This document shows, piece after piece, positions 39,717-48,014 of a stretch of 64,000 nt of DNA. This DNA is from a virus (taxonomy: Duplodnaviria; Heunggongvirae; Uroviricota; Caudoviricetes): the IMG/VR virus record IMGVR_UViG_3300017705_000602; one strand, 5' to 3'. The translations under genes and the position numbers were made by a program. Position 1 is the stretch's first letter, and every line of letters begins with the position of its first letter. Below the pieces are notes generated by a model that worked only from the letters and a program-made list of their open reading frames with translations, searched no databases and was not told the origin of the DNA.

Positions 39717-40005
39717 CGTTGCATGTTTGAACAGCAATATATTACTGTTCAACAGCTTTCACATTAACTTTTGGTATTCGTTAAATCGTAACCATATCGA
39801 ATTTAATTATTACATTGGGTACAATGCCAAGTATCAGGGTGTGCTCGAAGAAGCAATCGCTAGTGTGATAGATCACACTAGCGTATCAACCAGACGGTCA
39901 AATTCATACATATACATAGATGTCACTTACACATATAAAAATGCACTTGAACTTGATGCGGCATTAAAAGAGCTAGCTTCATACATAGGACTAAGTTTAG
40001 CATGA
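39697..40005 (+). CDS. Hypothetical protein
   Basis: GTG start after AGGA; 102 aa. Confidence 0.55.
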   Translation: MTHTKSNVACLNSNILLFNSFHINFWYSLNRNHIEFNYYIGYNAKYQGVLEEAIASVIDHTSVSTRRSNSYIYIDVTYTYKNALELDAALKELASYIGLSLA

Positions 40006-40112
40006 CACAAAAAGACAAACAGCAAGACAAAAAGAAATCAAACAAGTTGCCTCCGGATAATCCTTCTTGGAGTTGGTCAGCACGACTGGCACAGCAAACC
40101 GGCCCCAACTAA
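40002..40112 (+). CDS. Small ORF missing from the track (36 aa)
   Basis: ATGA overlap with the upstream stop, AGGA upstream; MTQKDKQQDKKKSNKLPPDNPSWSWSARLAQQTGPN. Confidence 0.45.
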   Translation: MTQKDKQQDKKKSNKLPPDNPSWSWSARLAQQTGPN

Positions 40113-40141
40113 CACATATCACAATAATATAAGGAAATATT

Positions 40142-40612
40142 ATGTACTTTTCAACAAAAACATTTGGACCTATTTCAACTGGACATAGACAATGGCGAGC
40201 CGCAGAACTTAGAGACAGCAGTCGTTGCGCTTGGGCTCACGGTTACGGTCGACACGTTGAGCTCACATTTGGTGCTAGTGAACTAGACGACCGCGGCTGG
40301 GTAGTCGACTTTGGCGGACTGCGCTTTGTAAAGAAATTCTTAGAAGACAACTGGGATCACCGTTTGTTATTGAGTTCTGAAGATCCGTTACTTGACGAGT
40401 TTTTAGCATTACAAGACAAAGGCGGTGTTAATGTTAACGTAATGGACGCATCAAAAGGATGGGGTCCTGGTATTGAGCAGTCGTGCAAGTTTGTTTATGA
40501 CAATATTAATCCTATTGTACAAGGACAAACAAACCAACGTTGCTGGATATCAAAAGTACAAATTTGGGAACACGAAAACAACAGCGCAATCTATGAGCCA
40601 ACAAGATTATGA
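40142..40612 (+). CDS. queD: 6-carboxy-tetrahydropterin synthase (QueD/PTPS family)
   Basis: GHRQWRA...CAWAHGY, WVVDFGGL, WDHRLL, VQIWEHENNSA. Confidence 0.88.
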   Translation: MYFSTKTFGPISTGHRQWRAAELRDSSRCAWAHGYGRHVELTFGASELDDRGWVVDFGGLRFVKKFLEDNWDHRLLLSSEDPLLDEFLALQDKGGVNVNVMDASKGWGPGIEQSCKFVYDNINPIVQGQTNQRCWISKVQIWEHENNSAIYEPTRL

Positions 40613-40872
40613 TTGGCTCATACAAATTAACTAATTCGTCCACTGGACAGTTAGCTACACTGTCTGAAGTCGGTAAAGAAAAATACCTGATTATTCAATT
40701 GCAGTGTCCTACTAGATCCATATCGCAAAATCGCATAAATGAAGTTGTTGTTGCTTTACGGAACATAAATGCTCACCTAGGCGATCGTGTGCTGATAGTA
40801 GGACACGATGTTGATGTATATCAGCTTACCGGCGAACAAGCTACTCTTCTTAGACTCGAAGGCGTAATCTGA
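40609..40872 (+). CDS. Hypothetical protein
   Basis: 87 aa, ATGA overlap. Confidence 0.6.
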   Translation: MIGSYKLTNSSTGQLATLSEVGKEKYLIIQLQCPTRSISQNRINEVVVALRNINAHLGDRVLIVGHDVDVYQLTGEQATLLRLEGVI

Positions 40873-40886
40873 CACTGATGTTTTTT

Positions 40887-40894
40887 AATAAATA
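40887..40894 (+). promoter_or_regulatory. Late-type promoter motif, probably giving a leaderless mRNA
   Basis: AATAAATA 5 nt before ATG 40900; no SD. Confidence 0.55.
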
Positions 40895-40899
40895 CTAGT

Positions 40900-41835
40900 A
40901 TGATTTCATACTTAGCATTAATAACATCAATTACGATTGCGGCAGTAGCGGCATGGTTTTCTATAGCTGGTCTTGTAACTATATTTTCTGCTTCGACATT
41001 AGCAATTGCTATCATGGCAGGTGTTCTCGAAGTTGGTAAATTGGTTACTGCAAGCTGGCTATACCGTAACTGGAAAGAAACCGGCGTACTGTTAAAATCA
41101 TATCTGACTCTTGCTGTAATAATTCTTATGTTTATTACTAGCATGGGAATATTTGGCTACCTATCAAAAGCTCACCTTGATCAGACTGCACCTGTACAAA
41201 ACAACTCAGCACAAGTTGAAAGGATAGATAACCGAATTGCAAGAGAACAGAATAGAATAGACAGTTCAGAGCGTGTGCTTACGCAACTTGATTCTGCACT
41301 CGACACGCTTATCGATTACGATAAGATTAACGGACCGGAAGGCATGATTGCTGTAAGACAACAGCAAGAGCCACAACGCCAGAATTTAAACAGCACTATC
41401 GACAGCGCACAACAAGTTATTGCTGATCTCGAAGACGAAAAGTTCGAACTAACTAGTCAGATCAGGGCAATTGAACTTGAAGTAGGTCCAGTAAAATATA
41501 TTGCTGAGCTTATATACGACGATGCCGAATCGAATTTAGATGAAGCAGTACGATTAGTAATAATCATTATTGTATTTGTGTTCGATCCGCTAGCAGTACT
41601 GTTATTAATAGCCGCAAACCAATCGTTGGTCAGGGCAAGTGCATCGACTACGCCACAACCTGTTAAAGAAAAACAGCCAAAGTCACAGCCTGTTAAAGAA
41701 ACCGAAAAAGAAAAGCCAGTCAAACGACGAGTGCCAAGAACTCAAGCCAAAAAAACCGAAAATGGGTTTGAGGCCAAAAAAACAACATCTGAAAGGGCTA
41801 CTCAAGTAAATAGTAACAATAACAGATTGTCTTAA
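40900..41835 (+). CDS. Membrane-anchored coiled-coil protein
   Basis: About three N-terminal TM segments, central coiled coil, C-terminal TM (FVFDPLAVLLLIAAN). Confidence 0.75.
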   Translation: MISYLALITSITIAAVAAWFSIAGLVTIFSASTLAIAIMAGVLEVGKLVTASWLYRNWKETGVLLKSYLTLAVIILMFITSMGIFGYLSKAHLDQTAPVQNNSAQVERIDNRIAREQNRIDSSERVLTQLDSALDTLIDYDKINGPEGMIAVRQQQEPQRQNLNSTIDSAQQVIADLEDEKFELTSQIRAIELEVGPVKYIAELIYDDAESNLDEAVRLVIIIIVFVFDPLAVLLLIAANQSLVRASASTTPQPVKEKQPKSQPVKETEKEKPVKRRVPRTQAKKTENGFEAKKTTSERATQVNSNNNRLS

Positions 41836-41851
41836 CATCAAGGGGATACTT

Positions 41852-43063
41852 TTGAATAAAGCCGAAGTAGTTTGCTCATTCTGTGGCAAGAACGGACGAC
41901 AAGTAAAAAAACTAGTTGCCGCGCCACCGGATGTAAACGAACACCATGCACATATTTGCGATAATTGTATAGATATGTGCAAAGACATTATTACCAAACC
42001 GGTTTTAAAAGATGTCGATCAGCTTACACCTGCAATCATACACGAAAAACTTGACCAGTATGTTATTGGACAGGAAGAAACCAAAATCACAATAAGTGTT
42101 GCAGTATACAATCACGTAAAGCGTGTAAATAACATATCAAAGGCCAAGTATGAAAAATCGAATATACTCATGATTGGTCCTACTGGCACAGGCAAAACGC
42201 TTATTGCTAAAACCGTTGCTGAAGCAGTTGGTGTACCATATGCAATTGTCGATGCAACTTCATTGACTGAGTCTGGCTATTCGGGCGATGACGTCGAATC
42301 GATTATATATTCATTGTGCGAAAACGCAGAGTGGGATATAGAAAAAGCACAACGCGGTATTGTGTTTGTTGATGAAATTGACAAGATTGCAAAATCGTCG
42401 GATAACTCTACTAGTTCAGTAAGAGATGTGTCAGGCGCAGGCGTACAGCAAGCATTACTGAAACTTGCCGAAGGCAAGATTATTACCATTGAGCAACCTC
42501 AAACGCATAATCGCATCATGTTTGATACTTCTCACATTTTGTTTATTGCTAGCGGTGCGTTCGTTGGTCTCGACGATGTAATAAACGAAAGATTAAAAAC
42601 GCCCAGGATTGGGTTTAGCACACACGATGATCAACCGTCGGTAGTAAACATTAACGAAATTGAACCGGACGATTTAGAAAAGTACGGAATGATTCCTGAG
42701 TTCATTGGTCGATTCCCGGTTGTTACTGTGCTTGAAAACTTAGACGAAGATTTGCTTTATAGAATTTTAGTCGAGCCTGAGAATTCAATTTCTTCACAGT
42801 ATCAAAGTATTTTTGATTTAGAAGGTGTTGAGTTAAGCTTTGATGATAAATACTTTAGGACATTAGCTAACAGCGGGTTCCAAAAGAAAACTGGTGCTAG
42901 AGGACTTAGATCAGTTATCGAACGCGACTTACAAACAGTGCAATACGATTTGCCCGACTTAGCTAAAAAACATGGTGTAAAGAAAATCAATGTTGATGCC
43001 CAGGGCGTCATACACTATGATAAAAAACGTACAAGAGCTAAGAAATCAGTCAATGAGAAATAA
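41852..43063 (+). CDS. clpX: ClpX AAA+ unfoldase
   Basis: CSFCG...CDNC zinc finger, GPTGTGKT, VDEIDKI, RDVSG, IGF loop. Confidence 0.95.
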   Translation: MNKAEVVCSFCGKNGRQVKKLVAAPPDVNEHHAHICDNCIDMCKDIITKPVLKDVDQLTPAIIHEKLDQYVIGQEETKITISVAVYNHVKRVNNISKAKYEKSNILMIGPTGTGKTLIAKTVAEAVGVPYAIVDATSLTESGYSGDDVESIIYSLCENAEWDIEKAQRGIVFVDEIDKIAKSSDNSTSSVRDVSGAGVQQALLKLAEGKIITIEQPQTHNRIMFDTSHILFIASGAFVGLDDVINERLKTPRIGFSTHDDQPSVVNINEIEPDDLEKYGMIPEFIGRFPVVTVLENLDEDLLYRILVEPENSISSQYQSIFDLEGVELSFDDKYFRTLANSGFQKKTGARGLRSVIERDLQTVQYDLPDLAKKHGVKKINVDAQGVIHYDKKRTRAKKSVNEK

Positions 43064-43295
43064 CAACAACAGATTCCCGGTAAGTGTATCGGGAGTTTCG
43101 GTCGAAATTACAGATGACAATTTTAATCGTGCTATGCGCCAGTTCACCCGAAAGGCACAAGAAGCAGGAATTGTAAAAAGTTGTAAAGACCGTATGCATT
43201 ACGAAAAGCCTTCGTCTGTCAAACAACGAAAACGAAAGGCAGCTCGTAAACGTTGGCTCAAAAAACAAAGTAAAATGGAGCCAACAAAAAGATAG
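43053..43295 (+). CDS. rpsU: Ribosomal protein bS21
   Basis: NFNRAMRQFTRK...GIV...RMHYEKPS...RKRKAARKR; start ATG 43053. Confidence 0.85.
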   Translation: MRNNNNRFPVSVSGVSVEITDDNFNRAMRQFTRKAQEAGIVKSCKDRMHYEKPSSVKQRKRKAARKRWLKKQSKMEPTKR

Positions 43296-43323
43296 CGATT
43301 GCGGATGGTCCGGATCGCTTTTT
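43294..43323 (+). terminator. Hairpin plus T-run after rpsU (terminator, or 5' hairpin of the hsp20 leader)
   Basis: AGCGAT-t-g-CGGA-tgg-TCCG-g-ATCGCT-TTTT. Confidence 0.55.
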
Positions 43324-43329
43324 AAAATA

Positions 43330-43356
43330 AAACTTGCTTAAAAGGAGTTTACAATG
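43330..43356 (+). promoter_or_regulatory. ROSE-like RNA thermometer hairpin over the hsp20 SD
   Basis: AAACUUGCU-UAAA-AGGAGUUU: UUGCU pairs with the SD leaving a bulged G. Confidence 0.7.
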
Positions 43357-43788
43357 AAGCAACGTAGAATCAATGCAGATAGTGTTAATAGTTTTCTATT
43401 AGGGTTCGAGAACATGTTCGAAGATGTGTTTAACAAAGGATACCCAGCAAACAACTATCCACCTCACAACATTTACAAATTGTCCAAGGATGATCCGTAT
43501 TCCGATATGGTAATCGAGATTGCACTTGCAGGCATGCGTAAAGAAGATATATCAATTACACTCACTGACCACGATACACTCAAAGTAGAATACGATAAAG
43601 AAGACACACCACACACTGACTTCAGCTTTATCCATAAGGGTATTGCAAATCGTAAATTTACACTCGAGTGGCGTGTTAACAAAGACCTTGAAGTCGAAGA
43701 AGCGGAGTTCCGCGACGGCATTCTCAAGATCAAGATTGCAAACCACGCAGGTCAAAACAAGCACACACAAAAAATTAACATAAAGTAG
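43354..43788 (+). CDS. Small heat-shock protein (Hsp20, IbpA-like)
   Basis: NYPPHNIY, IEIALAG, HKGIANRKF, AEFRDGILKI. Confidence 0.93.
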   Translation: MKQRRINADSVNSFLLGFENMFEDVFNKGYPANNYPPHNIYKLSKDDPYSDMVIEIALAGMRKEDISITLTDHDTLKVEYDKEDTPHTDFSFIHKGIANRKFTLEWRVNKDLEVEEAEFRDGILKIKIANHAGQNKHTQKINIK

Positions 43789-43817
43789 TTGACTCATCTC
43801 TAGTTGTACTTTAGTAT
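43789..43817 (+). promoter_or_regulatory. sigma70-type promoter
   Basis: TTGACT-17 nt-TAGTAT. Confidence 0.65.
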
Positions 43818-43850
43818 AAAAACAGTCGAAATATACTGAGGTATAAGATT

Positions 43851-44153
43851 ATGTCGTCAAGTGTAATAACTAAACCAAAGGTCGAAGTGCAAGCTGTTAA
43901 AGCAATGCCCTGGACTGTAACTTTTCACAATGACGACCGTACTACATTTGATTGTGTAGTAGAAATCTTAGTATCAATAATTGGCAAGTCTTATAACGAG
44001 GCTTGCCAATTAACACTTCGTATACATAATGACGGTGCCGCAGTAGTTGCACGCGAAACACAAGAAATTGCCGAAACATTTAAAACCGAAGCAATCTCTT
44101 ACGCTCGCCAACATGGATATCCGTTAAAAATTACAATAGAACGCGATGACTAA
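43851..44153 (+). CDS. clpS: ClpS N-degron adaptor
   Basis: VTFHNDDRTTFDCVVEIL, IHNDGAAVV, YPLKITIE. Confidence 0.9.
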   Translation: MSSSVITKPKVEVQAVKAMPWTVTFHNDDRTTFDCVVEILVSIIGKSYNEACQLTLRIHNDGAAVVARETQEIAETFKTEAISYARQHGYPLKITIERDD

Positions 44154-44157
44154 AAAA

Positions 44158-44165
44158 GATAAATA
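44158..44165 (+). promoter_or_regulatory. Late-type promoter motif, probably giving a leaderless mRNA
   Basis: GATAAATA 5 nt before ATG 44171; no SD. Confidence 0.6.
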
Positions 44166-44170
44166 TTTTT

Positions 44171-44716
44171 ATGAAACTCAGGGATGTTTCGGACAAAGAG
44201 CTAATCTTTGAATCCGACAAAGACTTTAAACAGGTTTCACTACCTGTTAAATCAGACGCACTAGATCCAGTATTATCTAAGGCTAATGTAGACTATCATT
44301 ACCGAACCTTGCACAGAGGTTACATAGATAAAGCAAACGATGGATCGGACGATGCGTTTATTATCGGCGGCGCCGAACTGCATAATCTTTATTTCGAGCA
44401 ATTAACTACTCCGCATACTAAGAAGCCAAAAGACCGAATTCAGTTTTTAATTGAAGATCGCTTTGGCAGCTATTCCGATTTCCAGCTACTGTTCAAAGAC
44501 CAAGCATCGTCTATACAAGGTTCAGGTTGGTGTTATCTTAGTAAATCGGGCGAAATAAAAACAATAAAAAATCACGCACCGAAAAATGATGTGTGCCTTA
44601 TCATAGACATGTGGGAACATGCCTATTATTTGGACTACGGTCCGGATAAAAAGAAGTACATTGACAACTCTTGGAAGATTGTAAACTGGGACATTGTCAA
44701 TGGTAGACTATCGTAA
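44171..44716 (+). CDS. Fe/Mn superoxide dismutase-like protein
   Basis: YHY, LHNLYF, GSGW, DMWEHAYY: all four metal ligands present. Confidence 0.9.
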   Translation: MKLRDVSDKELIFESDKDFKQVSLPVKSDALDPVLSKANVDYHYRTLHRGYIDKANDGSDDAFIIGGAELHNLYFEQLTTPHTKKPKDRIQFLIEDRFGSYSDFQLLFKDQASSIQGSGWCYLSKSGEIKTIKNHAPKNDVCLIIDMWEHAYYLDYGPDKKKYIDNSWKIVNWDIVNGRLS

Positions 44717-44789
44717 TCACACAACGCTAAAGTAACTACACAACACACAATGCGTAATATAAATGTTCTGATAAATTATGGAGAATATT

Positions 44790-45116
44790 ATGAGAACAAA
44801 ACGTCATTGGGAAGAATGTAAACTGTTACCATCGTATTATGCCGCTCAAAGAGTTGCATTGCACCTTAAAGAACTTGCAAAAGGCAAAGGGTATGATCCG
44901 AAGGGTATAAAGGTACTGACAAAGGAAGATGCTCACAAGCGTGGCAGAATTTCTGACTCAGAAGTGTTATGGGACGAAGGCCCAGTTGGCTGGCCTCGTG
45001 AATTAGACTTTGTTGAATACCCTGGTGTTTGGCTCGAGTCGCACGCAACTAATTCAGTATCGTTTTATGATATTGCACAACAAGGACTTAAAGGAATTGA
45101 ACATGAAAGTAACTAA
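44790..45116 (+). CDS. Hypothetical protein
   Basis: ATG 44790 with GGAG RBS (track start 44778). Confidence 0.65.
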   Translation: MRTKRHWEECKLLPSYYAAQRVALHLKELAKGKGYDPKGIKVLTKEDAHKRGRISDSEVLWDEGPVGWPRELDFVEYPGVWLESHATNSVSFYDIAQQGLKGIEHESN

Positions 45117-45426
45117 TATAAAAAACATAGGAAGTCCATATCATGTGCTAGACAACGATGGTAATCAGACTAATGTTATAGTAGTTGATCGTCGAGAACT
45201 TTTAGATGAACTTGAGTTACCAGAGTTTAACATGCACGAACAGACGTACGGTGAATACCTTGACACTTGCCGCATACGAATCCGCGGCAATGACTTTAAA
45301 TATAGCGAAATACTGTGGTACAAAACCACTGAGGAAGATTATGACCTACACGATGTATTCGCTCTCTGTCTTTATTACAATTATAACTATGTAATTGTCG
45401 ATTTAGAGTTGACAGAAGAAGCATAA
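45103..45426 (+). CDS. Hypothetical protein
   Basis: ATG 45103 with AAGGA RBS. Confidence 0.65.
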   Translation: MKVTNIKNIGSPYHVLDNDGNQTNVIVVDRRELLDELELPEFNMHEQTYGEYLDTCRIRIRGNDFKYSEILWYKTTEEDYDLHDVFALCLYYNYNYVIVDLELTEEA

Positions 45427-45437
45427 ACATTTATAAT
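45409..45437 (+). promoter_or_regulatory. Consensus sigma70 promoter for the ligase gene
   Basis: TTGACA-17 nt-TATAAT. Confidence 0.9.
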
Positions 45438-45468
45438 GCATGCTTGTTAAGATTGAGAGGTCACAAGC

Positions 45469-46854
45469 ATGCAACCTGTTTACCAGGTGTTAGAACTATT
45501 AGCTAACACAACCAAGCGCAATGAAAAAATTGCAATCGTTGAGCAAAACAAAGACAACGAACTATTAAAGCAAACATTCAAACATGCTTTAGATCCTTTC
45601 CACGTATACGGTATACGTGCAATCCCATCATATATTCACAACGCTTCGTGTTCGGTTACACTACAAGAGTTTATCGACTATTTGCCCAACTTCATGGAAC
45701 GCAAGATTACAGGTCATGCCGCCTTGGACAAACTAGCAGATTTGCTGTGTAACATGTCGGTTGACGATGCAGGTGTTGCAGAACGCATTATCAAGAAAGA
45801 TTTACGTTGTGGTGTACAAGGCTCAACTGTAAACAAAGTCTGGAAAGACCATATCTTTAGTTATCCGTGCTTGCTTGGCAAATCGTTTGACCCGGACACC
45901 ATCGACAAGCACATAAAATGGCCTGCTATCGCACAGCTCAAACTGGATGGACTACGTGTAAATGCCTTTGTTGATTCCGAAACAATGCAAGTGTCTTTGT
46001 TTACACGAGCTGGCAAACCTATTGATATCCACCACCGACTAGACGCAGACTTGTGTCACTTGCACATAAACGATGACAAAACTACGCCAATGATGTACGA
46101 TGGCGAATTATTGGTTGTTGATAACAACGGTAATGTATTGCCTCGCAAAGCAGGTAACGGTATACTAAACAAAGCAATTCGCGGAACTATATCGTTTGAA
46201 GAAGCGTGTCGAGTGCGTATCCAAGTATGGGATAGAGTGCCCGAGGTAGAATTTTATCGCAAGAAAAGCGACCTCGAATACAAAGATCGATTCAGTAAAC
46301 TTGTTGATGCAGTTACACGAGCAACAGGCACACAAGACAGCACCATGAACGCACTTGCTAACGGTCCGTGCAAATACAAGCTGGTTGATTACCGATACGT
46401 AGATAACCTTGATCAGGCAAATGAATATTATCATGAAGCATTAGCCAACGGCGAAGAAGGCATCATGCTCAAGAATATTGCACACTTGTGGCAAGACAAA
46501 CGCAGTAACGACCTAATCAAGTTCAAGTGCGAAAAACTGTGCGAACTACGGGTAGTTGCTTGGCTCGAAGGCACCGGCAAATACACAGGCTACTTAGGCA
46601 AACTATCGTGCGTGTCCGAAGACGGTGAGCTCGAAGTAAATGTCGGGTCCGGATTTTCAGATCATTTTCGACAAACAGTCAAGCCCGAGGACATTGTCGG
46701 CAAGATTGTTACTGTTAAGTTTAACGAAGTCATCGACTCCGAAGACAAGCCGGGCAAGTACAGTTTGTTTTTAGGACGTTATATTGAAACACGCGAAGAC
46801 AAAGACGTTGCTGACGATCTAGCAACTGTACAAGCGACCAAAACGGTGAAATAA
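45469..46854 (+). CDS. ATP-dependent DNA ligase (T4 gp30-like)
   Basis: QLKLDGLR, YDGEL, EEGIMLK, KFK, OB domain with VGSGF. Confidence 0.94.
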   Translation: MQPVYQVLELLANTTKRNEKIAIVEQNKDNELLKQTFKHALDPFHVYGIRAIPSYIHNASCSVTLQEFIDYLPNFMERKITGHAALDKLADLLCNMSVDDAGVAERIIKKDLRCGVQGSTVNKVWKDHIFSYPCLLGKSFDPDTIDKHIKWPAIAQLKLDGLRVNAFVDSETMQVSLFTRAGKPIDIHHRLDADLCHLHINDDKTTPMMYDGELLVVDNNGNVLPRKAGNGILNKAIRGTISFEEACRVRIQVWDRVPEVEFYRKKSDLEYKDRFSKLVDAVTRATGTQDSTMNALANGPCKYKLVDYRYVDNLDQANEYYHEALANGEEGIMLKNIAHLWQDKRSNDLIKFKCEKLCELRVVAWLEGTGKYTGYLGKLSCVSEDGELEVNVGSGFSDHFRQTVKPEDIVGKIVTVKFNEVIDSEDKPGKYSLFLGRYIETREDKDVADDLATVQATKTVK

Positions 46855-47129
46855 TGAGTAAAGTTTACAAGATAATGCTTGAGGGTAAATTCTGGACGTT
46901 AAAGGACACTGTCGTTCCTACATGGACTGACACTGGTGACTTTTTTACTGCAAATCAAATTGACCGGTTGTTAACGCGATTCAAGTATCAGCGAAAGCTT
47001 TGGCCCACAGGCGCCAAAATAATTTCGTACACTATTTCAGATGAAACTGAAACCGACTTGGCACAAGAGATTTTTGACCAACTCGATAAAGAAATAACAT
47101 TCGAAAGTCTTCAAGGGAGTGCATACTAA
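46854..47129 (+). CDS. Hypothetical protein
   Basis: 91 aa, TAATG junctions. Confidence 0.65.
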   Translation: MSKVYKIMLEGKFWTLKDTVVPTWTDTGDFFTANQIDRLLTRFKYQRKLWPTGAKIISYTISDETETDLAQEIFDQLDKEITFESLQGSAY

Positions 47130-47953
47130 TGGGCTGTTTTAATATGTCATGCGCAATCACTAACATGCCAATCATGCACGGTGATGAAATTGTTGTTGCA
47201 CTTGCCGGTGACGGCAGTCAACTGAATGTAACTGTACTGCCATTGTTTTTTGAAGCAGAGTACAACGATTACGGTACTTTCGAAAACCCATCCGAGGACA
47301 CATTGTCATATCGGTGGTTTCGGAACTTTGTTAAAGGCAACGGATCGGTGGAATCTTTACAAGAAGTGGTCAGAGACGGTATCGAACGCGAACTAGAGAA
47401 CATTACTTATCCATCAAGTTACAATGTGTCGGGTACTCGAGTAATTTTTGTTTTAAAGACTGTGTGGGAAAATATAATTAGATATCAAGCCGACAGGTGC
47501 GAAGGCTCGTTCTATTATCATAATCCGAAATATGCCAGAAAGACTGATGCACGACAGGAAATCGCAGACGCCCTGCACCGCAAGATAGAATTAGAGAATA
47601 TGCAAAGTCGTGCAAAAGACGATATGTCAGCAGAGGATCAAGCGAAGCTGATAAGATTAATGGCAGAAAGTATCAGTGTACAGCTAGATTCGAGCATCAG
47701 CGGAAACATAGTTGACCACATACACGAGTATTGTAAAAAGTACAAAATCGATTGCGATGATTTTATTGCACCGTACAGTGAAATTATTGAACAATCGAAC
47801 CAGGTGTCAGTGTTTGCAAATGCAACAAATTCAAACTTGAATTCTCGGTATGCCGGACAAGACTCAAACGATGAGTATTATGATGTTTTAATTGGCGAAA
47901 TGCAAAAGCGAATGATGGCAGTGAGATGCCGATGGGACGATCTCGAAGAATAA
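47129..47953 (+). CDS. Hypothetical phage protein
   Basis: MGCFNMSCAITNMPI...YNDYG N-terminus. Confidence 0.7.
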   Translation: MGCFNMSCAITNMPIMHGDEIVVALAGDGSQLNVTVLPLFFEAEYNDYGTFENPSEDTLSYRWFRNFVKGNGSVESLQEVVRDGIERELENITYPSSYNVSGTRVIFVLKTVWENIIRYQADRCEGSFYYHNPKYARKTDARQEIADALHRKIELENMQSRAKDDMSAEDQAKLIRLMAESISVQLDSSISGNIVDHIHEYCKKYKIDCDDFIAPYSEIIEQSNQVSVFANATNSNLNSRYAGQDSNDEYYDVLIGEMQKRMMAVRCRWDDLEE

Positions 47954-47980
47954 AATATAAAGGGTCGCCTAGTACTTTTT

Positions 47981-47988
47981 GATAAATA
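47981..47988 (+). promoter_or_regulatory. Late-type promoter motif
   Basis: TTTTT-GATAAATA 26 nt before ATG 48015. Confidence 0.65.
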
Positions 47989-48014
47989 ATACAAACGAGT
48001 AAAAGGAATTACGA

